IMG/VR virus record: IMGVR_UViG_3300044831_000011
Location: 1-59,696 of that record
Reading direction: 5' to 3' (one strand)
Source of the DNA: a virus
Taxonomy: Duplodnaviria > Caudoviricetes
DNA: 59,696 nt
A program made the position numbers and the translations under genes. Below are positions 53,248-59,696 of the stretch, piece by piece; position 1 is the stretch's first letter, and each line of letters starts with the position of its first letter. Under the pieces are notes generated by a model that searched no databases, was not told the origin of the DNA, and was given only the letters and a program-made list of their open reading frames with translations.

Positions 53248-53919
53248 TTAGCGGTAACTGATTGTGTAATCTCCCGGCGTGGTGCCGGTGGCTGACGTGA
53301 TGCACAGGCCAACATTGAACTGCACGTCATAGCTGAATGTAGCTGCCTGTGCCGTTGCGTCAATGGTGGCAATCTTTGTGCCGGTGCAGGTCGTATTGTC
53401 GAACAGCGTCAGGGTTTCATTCGTGCTGCCCTTGGTTGAAATGATGACCTGATGCAGGAATCCCGGCGATGTCTTTACCACGGTGTTCGTGTTGGTGGTG
53501 ATATTGACGTACTGATAGGAAAATATGGTCGGAGCTGAATTAGCCGAGGCGTAGACGTTCAAGATTGCCGTTGGTGAAGCTCCGCCCGTCCAACTCGCCG
53601 TGACGATCAGCGAAGTATAAAGGCCCGTGATTGACCTGATGGCGTTGGCGTTCGTCGTATACGAGTCGATTATCTGGCATGTTCCGCCAACCATGCAGCC
53701 CTGCACCGTAACTGCCACTGATGCCGGAGCGCCCGTAAACTTCTCCTCAATCGAGAAATTCAGCACGCCCTTGATGTTGTTGTAGGTGACTGAGTTTCCT
53801 GAGGTGGCAATGGTGAAGGTCTGGCGGTCAAGGTTGTAGGCTGCCTGAGCATGGCTTTGGATGTTGCAGGCCAGAATTCCCAGAGCAATGAGCCAGAGCA
53901 GATATGTGCGTTTACGCAT
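53248..53919 (-). CDS. Beta-rich virion-type protein with a signal peptide
   Basis: MRKRTYLLWLIALGILACNIQSHA-Q; VVKTSPGFLH...FNVGL C-terminal domain. Confidence 0.65.
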   Translation of the reverse strand: MRKRTYLLWLIALGILACNIQSHAQAAYNLDRQTFTIATSGNSVTYNNIKGVLNFSIEEKFTGAPASVAVTVQGCMVGGTCQIIDSYTTNANAIRSITGLYTSLIVTASWTGGASPTAILNVYASANSAPTIFSYQYVNITTNTNTVVKTSPGFLHQVIISTKGSTNETLTLFDNTTCTGTKIATIDATAQAATFSYDVQFNVGLCITSATGTTPGDYTISYR

Positions 53920-53922
53920 CGG

Positions 53923-54210
53923 TTACTCCCACGACGGCTTCAATCCGTCCCTATAAATAACAGCGTTACAGCGAGTGCAGTTGTAATGCGATAGATCAGA
54001 GCTTTTGAGATGCCCGCGAAAGAAGCAGCAGATTCGCCTTGGCAGCGATACCATACCTGTTATTCTTTGGGCCCGTTTGATCTCGTTCCAATTCTCCAAT
54101 GCCTTAGCGCCGCTTGGAGTGAGAGGCCTATTTCTAAAATTGGTAGTGAGTTCATTGCAGTGCTCAGCGAGATCACGGCGAGTTGCACACTTCAAGTCGG
54201 TTAGCTGCAT
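53923..54210 (-). CDS. Hypothetical protein
   Basis: CFFRGH...CTRC. Confidence 0.5.
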   Translation of the reverse strand: MQLTDLKCATRRDLAEHCNELTTNFRNRPLTPSGAKALENWNEIKRAQRITGMVSLPRRICCFFRGHLKSSDLSHYNCTRCNAVIYRDGLKPSWE

Positions 54211-54569
54211 AGCACCTGATACATGGTCATCTTTTGTCCACCGTTCTCTGCTTCCAGCGCGATCTTGTCACGATAGCGTTTCAGCTCTGCCGACTCTTCC
54301 GCCGCCACGATGCAAGGCCTACACAGAAAGCGTTCAATTGCTTGCTGGCCCTGAAAGATTCCAGCGTCACTCCATCCCTTGGCCTTAAGATTTGGAGTGA
54401 GCACGAAACCCTTGGCTACAAAACGACGACTGCGTCGAACCAAATGCTCAAGCTGGTTGCAGTCTGGAGCGTGGCCCATTACATCGCCACCCTTACAACT
54501 ACAGGGCTCAGTCGTGAATGAGGGTCGATCTGGGATATGACATAAGCAGCAGTTACGCACTATTTGCAC
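54201..54569 (-). CDS. Cys-rich hypothetical protein
   Basis: Multiple CxxC motifs. Confidence 0.5.
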   Translation of the reverse strand: MQIVRNCCLCHIPDRPSFTTEPCSCKGGDVMGHAPDCNQLEHLVRRSRRFVAKGFVLTPNLKAKGWSDAGIFQGQQAIERFLCRPCIVAAEESAELKRYRDKIALEAENGGQKMTMYQVLCS

Positions 54570-54587
54570 CTGCCTTCGTAATCGGCA

Positions 54588-56099
54588 TCACTGATACTCT
54601 CTTTCTTGCTCGTATTTTGCCCGCGCCCATGCTTCCTGATCCTCTTGGCTCATTTCAGATTGTGATAGCAGGTCTGGCGTTACTTCACGGGCGAACGTCA
54701 GATTGAATGCGTCGGCATCGTCAGGTGATTTCTCGCCACGCTCCTGAATGCTTTTCTTGGACTCGATTACAAGTTTGCTCGATTGGTTGATGTGGTATCC
54801 CGGCAATCTGAGTTGCTGTTTTAACTCTTCATCGTTTGGAATCGTGCCAAGCAATAGATGTTCTTTCGCCTTCATCCACATGTAAGCGCGCATGTTGAGG
54901 CAGTGTTTCTCGTCAGGACTTTCCCCGCCAGCCACAACCTCATACACATTGGTAAAGCCCATGCCTCGTAACTGTACTGCTATCGCAGCGCCAAAAGCTG
55001 AATCTACAAACAACGCAGCCAGTATTCTTTCGGGCCGTCTGTCTCTCAGTAGTTCGGCACAGATTGCAACTCGCTCTGAACGGTCAGGATCTCGCTCTCC
55101 TGGTATCCGGATAGGCTTCATGCCTTCCGGGTCACCATCCAAACCACGCCGAAACCTGATTACATTCCACGCCCTGCCGCCGCCTGAAACGTCAAACCCT
55201 GCAATGAGTGGAACGCCAATGGGCACCGGAACTTTGCGGTGGGCTGCTTCCTCAATCCGCTTAGTGTCAATATATTGAAGCTCTGAAGCAGATGGCGGAT
55301 AGCCGAATATTCTGACCTTGCAAAAATCAGAGTGTTCGCCGTAATCCTCAATCCATTGCTGAAGCAGGGCCTTGTTAGTGAACCTGCTATTGAGAGAATT
55401 GACGCGCCGATGATTCCAGCGTGCGACCTTATCGCCATTGGTAATACGGTAAAACTCTCCAGTGTTCCTGACCATCTGGCCCCAAGCGAAGAACATGGGT
55501 TCGCCGTCAGTGAGTCCACCATAGGACGTATCCCATATTTTGTCAGGAACTTCTGAGGCTTCATCGAATAGATACCAGCTTGTACTTTTGCGTGCGTGTT
55601 GGCCGGCGAATGTTTGAGCATTTTGCTCTTTGCAGGTCTGAGGGCTGACTTTCCATGTTTCAGAATGGCGACGATGATAGATGCCCGATGCCTGGATATC
55701 GAACCATCGGGCCGTGATGCACATCTTGCCCCATGACGTGATAGCAGCCCATGTTTTCTCTTCAAGCTGTTGATAAGTACCAGCCGTAACCGTGCCGATA
55801 CTGTGAGGCCGCGTTGAAGCAATCCACCAGGCCAGCCAAGCACCCATTGCGCTCTTACCTGTACCGTGGCCTGAGCTTTCGGCCATCTGGATTGGCATAA
55901 CTGGATTCGAGCCGTCAAACTTCCTGCTCTTAACTTCCTCGCCAAGAGAGCGGAGAAATTCAATCTGGTGCTCATCTGGGCCAGGTTCATCGTGCAATGG
56001 GCCTTCTGATCCCCAAGGCCATGCGAAGTAAACGAATCCGAGTGGGTCTGCATAGTAGTTACTGACCTCGCGGGCCAGTTCAAGATCGACAGGAGTCAT
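54588..56099 (-). CDS. terL: Terminase large subunit
   Basis: SGHGTGKS Walker A, LFDEAS Walker B, GFDVSGGG and SPDDADA nuclease motifs. Confidence 0.95.
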   Translation of the reverse strand: MTPVDLELAREVSNYYADPLGFVYFAWPWGSEGPLHDEPGPDEHQIEFLRSLGEEVKSRKFDGSNPVMPIQMAESSGHGTGKSAMGAWLAWWIASTRPHSIGTVTAGTYQQLEEKTWAAITSWGKMCITARWFDIQASGIYHRRHSETWKVSPQTCKEQNAQTFAGQHARKSTSWYLFDEASEVPDKIWDTSYGGLTDGEPMFFAWGQMVRNTGEFYRITNGDKVARWNHRRVNSLNSRFTNKALLQQWIEDYGEHSDFCKVRIFGYPPSASELQYIDTKRIEEAAHRKVPVPIGVPLIAGFDVSGGGRAWNVIRFRRGLDGDPEGMKPIRIPGERDPDRSERVAICAELLRDRRPERILAALFVDSAFGAAIAVQLRGMGFTNVYEVVAGGESPDEKHCLNMRAYMWMKAKEHLLLGTIPNDEELKQQLRLPGYHINQSSKLVIESKKSIQERGEKSPDDADAFNLTFAREVTPDLLSQSEMSQEDQEAWARAKYEQEREYQ

Positions 56100-56656
56100 C
56101 CTGCATGGGCCGCAGCTCTCTGTCGCCCAGCAGCCAGAACCTTAAGCAAGTCATCGTCTGCAGTAAACTCAACCTTGTCCGTAAACATCTTCAGGTGCTT
56201 CCCGGCCAACTCAGCGCCCTTCAGGACCGCATACGGCTCAAATGCAACCACCGCTGCCCTGAGTAGCTTTCCTGTAGCGTCACAGCCGGGACAATCTCGC
56301 GGAATCGCTTCGCCAATATCTAGCGTCTTTGCGCCTTCACAGATAGGGCAAACTTCATCCGTGGGCAACATGAGCGGCTTCCCGTTTTTGTCTGCTACCA
56401 GCTTCACGTTGCGGCAGCGCTCTACTGTCTCTTCAATCCACCCCAGCACGCGATCCTGGTCAATTCCAGTCCGTTGCGCCCGTTTTTCCATGGCGACCTG
56501 GATGGCGGCGGCCACACTAACATTCGCTAACAGCCGAGAGCCTTGTTCGTTTGCAGTTCTCTTGCTGTATCCGGACTTGATTGCTGCCTGAGTCGCATTG
56601 AGCGAAACCAGATATTCAGCAACAAAGGTTTTCTGCCGTGCCGTGAGTTTTGCCAT
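56096..56656 (-). CDS. terS: Terminase small subunit with inserted zinc finger
   Basis: LTARQKTFVAEYL..LNATQAAIKSGYS...A...GSRLL; ELAGKHLKMFTDKVE. Confidence 0.92.
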   Translation of the reverse strand: MAKLTARQKTFVAEYLVSLNATQAAIKSGYSKRTANEQGSRLLANVSVAAAIQVAMEKRAQRTGIDQDRVLGWIEETVERCRNVKLVADKNGKPLMLPTDEVCPICEGAKTLDIGEAIPRDCPGCDATGKLLRAAVVAFEPYAVLKGAELAGKHLKMFTDKVEFTADDDLLKVLAAGRQRAAAHAG

Positions 56657-56673
56657 TGATTCCGATCCCCGGC

Positions 56674-57057
56674 CTAAGACGCTCTCACAAGAGAGTCCGA
56701 CCTCGTATCGTCCAGAATGGGATAAGTGCATCCCTTTGTTCCTTGCATATGTGGCCCAATCTCTATAAAGCACTTGTGGGCACGCGCGCCGCAACTATCA
56801 CAGACAGAAATAAACTGGCTTGAACTAGATGCACTCCATAAATGAGCGCACTTTGCGACACGGTCAGCTAATTCCATAAGCTCTTCAAGTATTTTCGCGA
56901 GTTCCTCTGTGGACTCATAGCGCCCACTCATCTGCATATCGGCGCAACTACAGCGCTTATCTCCAGAGTGCAGCCATAGAGCCAATGCTGTTCCGCTGCG
57001 GGGAATAGAAATATGGAGTTGATATTTCTCTCCGTTCGCATGTGTTTCGAAAATCAT
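56674..57057 (-). CDS. Hypothetical protein
   Basis: Coupled ORF. Confidence 0.45.
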   Translation of the reverse strand: MIFETHANGEKYQLHISIPRSGTALALWLHSGDKRCSCADMQMSGRYESTEELAKILEELMELADRVAKCAHLWSASSSSQFISVCDSCGARAHKCFIEIGPHMQGTKGCTYPILDDTRSDSLVRAS

Positions 57058-57368
57058 TACTCCCCGCCGCCCATGTGGTGTTTCATGTGGGCCAGCGCGT
57101 GACTCGCTTTGGTGAAGACGTGAGTGCTGGTGCCATCTTGTGAGCCTGGCGCTTGACTGGCTGATCCGCCTACCTGATCGCTCCCGTCGCCTTCCGCTTG
57201 TTCGGGTGCTGGCTTCGGTGGCAGATCGCGATGGACGCGCACGCTGAAACCGTTCTCTGCCGGCTCAACGTGAATCGAGCTCAGTTTGCCTTTGGGCATG
57301 TCCTGCAATTTGTCCAGCATGCCGTTTACGCGAGATGTTTTCTCTTCTGGTTTTTCGTAGCTTTTCAT
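57057..57368 (-). CDS. Hypothetical protein
   Basis: IHVEPAENGFSV motif typical of small proteins upstream of terminase. Confidence 0.65.
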   Translation of the reverse strand: MKSYEKPEEKTSRVNGMLDKLQDMPKGKLSSIHVEPAENGFSVRVHRDLPPKPAPEQAEGDGSDQVGGSASQAPGSQDGTSTHVFTKASHALAHMKHHMGGGE

Positions 57369-57425
57369 GATTTATGCACGCCTTTTATGTGTTAACTCTG
57401 TATCTAGAGCGGTAAAATCGGACTT

Positions 57426-57581
57426 ATGCGATCAAATACCGCCGAAATAGAACGCTTTCGCTTACTGATTCGCTCAATGAGCCGTGATTCCATTCTCTAC
57501 AAGATGTTGAAAGAGGAGCTTGGTAGGCTTGGACATTGGAAGAACATGCCGCGCGGGAAGCCGAAACGCTTTCAGTCTTGA
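57426..57581 (+). CDS. Small basic phage protein (51 aa, not in the ORF track)
   Basis: SILYKMLKEELGRLGHWKNMPRGKP. Confidence 0.55.
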   Translation: MRSNTAEIERFRLLIRSMSRDSILYKMLKEELGRLGHWKNMPRGKPKRFQS

Positions 57582-57621
57582 GTGGATTCAGGATCTTATC
57601 CAGCCGTGCCGCCAAAGCCGT

Positions 57622-57756
57622 TCATTTTGAATAGCCTATGACCTGCCAGCCCAAGGGCTTAGTGATCAACTGCCACACGCCGAATGCTGCCGCTGGTATT
57701 TTCTTAGCGTTGCAGTCATCAACATACTGGCGATAGGCTGATTCGTCGCGGCTCAT
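57622..57756 (-). CDS. Small protein (44 aa) coupled to the NusG paralogue
   Basis: MSRDESAYRQYVDDCNAKKIPAAAFGVW...; ATGA overlap. Confidence 0.5.
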   Translation of the reverse strand: MSRDESAYRQYVDDCNAKKIPAAAFGVWQLITKPLGWQVIGYSK

Positions 57757-58382
57757 GCAAGCATCAGGTCTAACTTGTTGATTTCTAAACTCATCGCTAA
57801 CCCGCGTGTTTGCTGGTGATAGCCCTGATTGGCCGATAAGGTTTCGAGCAATACTCTTACCCGTCCGCTGGCCGATAGCTCAGAATCAAATACGCCATAC
57901 CAGCCTTTGAATGCGCCGGCGGTCACTGCTACTCTGTCGCCAGCCTGGAACTTATCGCGGCGCTCCGTTACCAGCTTCATCTCCCGCAGGTCGGCAATCA
58001 CTGAATCCGGTACCATGGCCGGAACCATCCCGAATTTGACGATCTTCCGCACGCCAAAGGCGTTATTCACTTTTGAGGCGAGATAGTCCGGGAAGCTTCC
58101 AAAGATGTAACCGGGGAAAAAGGGCCGCAATTCGAGGGAATTTTCTGTGCTGGCCAGCGGAAGGAAAACTTCAACGCCGAGGAGGGATAGAAAATGCTGT
58201 GCGCGATCTTCTTGGCAGGGCTTTGTGCGAATCAAAAACCAGGGGTTTTGGGAAAAGCTACCGCACTGGTTTTCTATGGCCGTACTAGAAAAAGCCGATG
58301 TGCTCAATGTTTTAAGTTCACCCAAGTCTTCATTACAAAAGGAGATAGAAACACTATAGGCAGGGATTAAGGCAGAGTGCAA
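57753..58382 (-). CDS. RfaH/NusG-family transcription antiterminator (start uncertain)
   Basis: WFLIRTKP.QE, PFFPGYIF, GVRKIVKFG..P..VPD, KOW motif GDRV.V..G.F.G..G. Confidence 0.9.
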   Translation of the reverse strand: MHSALIPAYSVSISFCNEDLGELKTLSTSAFSSTAIENQCGSFSQNPWFLIRTKPCQEDRAQHFLSLLGVEVFLPLASTENSLELRPFFPGYIFGSFPDYLASKVNNAFGVRKIVKFGMVPAMVPDSVIADLREMKLVTERRDKFQAGDRVAVTAGAFKGWYGVFDSELSASGRVRVLLETLSANQGYHQQTRGLAMSLEINKLDLMLA

Positions 58383-58449
58383 TCGTCTGTTCCACGCGGA
58401 ATAGTTCTACGTGGCACGCTTCAGTGCCCGAGCCATCTCAATAAATGGC

Positions 58450-58812
58450 TTAAGGGCTGCTCGGCGCTTGCGCTCGGCTTCGTTGTGGCAATCCTTGCAG
58501 TATCTTTGTCCCGTGCTTCTTACAGGATTCATATTGCAAGCTGCACAAGTTTTCGATCTCTTCATGGTCAGGCCTCTTAGCTAACTCAATGCGGCTGAAA
58601 TCTGCCAAGTTGTGATGTTTTTTACAAAGAAACCAAACATAGAATGGCCTCCAGTAATCCTCATGGTGGATAGTCGTTTTAGGATCGCCACATATCTCAC
58701 ATGGCAGTCTTTTCATCCACCCTTTCTTGACCGCCATGCGCGCCAAATATCCGGCTTCGGCGTGCCTTCCTCTCTCTTGTGGATCGTCAATGTTTTTCTT
58801 TATTATTCCCAT
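58450..58812 (-). CDS. HNH-like zinc-binding protein
   Basis: PCEICG....HHEDY..P..V.FLC..HH. Confidence 0.7.
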   Translation of the reverse strand: MGIIKKNIDDPQERGRHAEAGYLARMAVKKGWMKRLPCEICGDPKTTIHHEDYWRPFYVWFLCKKHHNLADFSRIELAKRPDHEEIENLCSLQYESCKKHGTKILQGLPQRSRAQAPSSP

Positions 58813-59025
58813 TCTTTAAAACTAGGATGGATGTAAACCTTTGTAAACAAAAAATTTAGCTAGCACTTTTTACTCCTGCATCCACTTATCGACTTGCTTG
58901 CACGCTGGGCAGAGCGCTATTGCTCCGTAAGTTTCTGCTGGCGCGTCAAAGAACTCTGCGCACCGATAGCAGATCACGCGCACCAGTTTGAACCTCTCGC
59001 TCATACTCGATACTCCCTCACGGCC

Positions 59026-59349
59026 TCAAACTTCCTGAATTTTTACGCTGTAGATGGCCTCTACCAGCTTCTTTTTGATCTTGTAAACATCTGTTTTCAT
59101 GCCTTTTACATCTTCCACGCGGGTACGATTGGCCGCGATGTCGAAATATTGAAAGTCGGCAACATATGTGCAGATCAGGGCGCTTTCTATGAAAATCTTG
59201 AAGCGCGGCTGCAACTGCAAATCGCTGATTTTTCCGGCGCGCTCCAGGATTTTCAGCGTTCCATAGTGGGCAGCTTCCTTCTTGCTGGCGAACCGTATGC
59301 CGTCCACGATGGTGGGAACCGCTCTGTACTTGCTGCGGCTAGTGGGCAT
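59026..59349 (-). CDS. DUF1064-family PD-(D/E)xK nuclease
   Basis: SKY.A....VDGIRFASKKEA, YVADF.Y, VEDVKG. Confidence 0.85.
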   Translation of the reverse strand: MPTSRSKYRAVPTIVDGIRFASKKEAAHYGTLKILERAGKISDLQLQPRFKIFIESALICTYVADFQYFDIAANRTRVEDVKGMKTDVYKIKKKLVEAIYSVKIQEV

Positions 59350-59497
59350 CGTTGGCTCCTTTTAGGGCGCACTCAGGTGAACAAAATAGCCTTCCCAGAG
59401 TGGTGCTCATAAACTTCTTCTCGCACAATTTGCCACACTTAACACAGCGAGCATTGCCCTTCTTTGCTGTAACTCTCTTTTCCGTCTCAGTGGGCAT
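59339..59497 (-). CDS. Small zinc-finger protein (52 aa)
   Basis: CVKCG...FCSPEC. Confidence 0.55.
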   Translation of the reverse strand: MPTETEKRVTAKKGNARCVKCGKLCEKKFMSTTLGRLFCSPECALKGANDAH

Positions 59498-59696
59498 GGG
59501 AGGGCTCCTCTGGCTTCACTGGTAATTCAACTTTCACCGTGAGTTGGTCGATGACGATGTACTGCCGCTCCGCAATCTTTTTCTTGATTGAATTCGACTC
59601 CGCCCAGATGACATAGATAATCGCCAATATGCCCCAGAAGTCTTTGCGCGTGAAAAAGAAGGCCAACATGCATCCGGTGCCCGCTATGACAAGCGC
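59487..59696 (-). CDS. 3' part of the junction-spanning membrane protein
   Basis: In frame with 1..181 across the circular junction. Confidence 0.7.
   Translation of the reverse strand, partial: ALVIAGTGCMLAFFFTRKDFWGILAIIYVIWAESNSIKKKIAERQYIVIDQLTVKVELPVKPEEPSHAH
59570..59696. repeat. Terminal direct repeat copy 2
   Basis: Identical to 1-127. Confidence 0.95.

Noticed and set aside
57684-57696. ops-like element AGCGGCAGCATT
   Set aside because: Weak match to GGCGGTAG, and it lies within a plausible small CDS.
1-59696. CRISPR array, DGR/retron, transposase, CI-S24 repressor, tape measure
   Set aside because: No reverse transcriptase, Cas, transposase, S24 peptidase or long tape-measure ORF recognised; divergent versions could be missed by eye.

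Overview
A complete, circularly assembled temperate dsDNA phage genome of 59,569 bp. The first and last 127 bp are identical, and a gene reads across the junction. Virion genes suggest a podovirus-like phage: terminase, portal, scaffold, major capsid protein, adaptor, nozzle and ejection-type proteins, with no tape measure or sheath recognised. The host is probably an Acidobacterium (inference from protein families recalled from memory, not from a search). Layout: (1) a leftward early/replication operon at 12 kb to 0 with Cro-like HTH, ERF, Gp157, mini beta-clamp, initiator with iteron-like origin, primase-helicase and an SNF2-MTase fusion; (2) a tyrosine integrase with atypical catalytic motifs, next to a putative attP carrying the 5' half of a CAU tRNA; (3) a rightward accessory operon at 13.4-24 kb with a C5-MTase containing a nested out-of-frame gene, two Mom-like proteins, an HNH nuclease and many small Zn-finger ORFs; (4) a leftward late region at 59 to 24 kb with an RfaH/NusG paralogue, packaging, head, tail and lysis genes, interrupted by two tRNA-Ser genes and morons. 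Most striking observations: two copies of an apparently unannotated tRNA-shaped RNA (D-loop GGAAGGAC, T-loop TATCAAG, stems differing but still paired, anticodon arm replaced by a multi-hairpin domain) embedded in frame within protein genes; a secreted Cys-Cys peptide plus 7-TM membrane protein cassette (candidate peptide-signalling system); a GGDEF cyclase fused to a probable ejection protein; and a 5'-half-tRNA attP that splits the early operon. All assignments are by eye, with no database searches.
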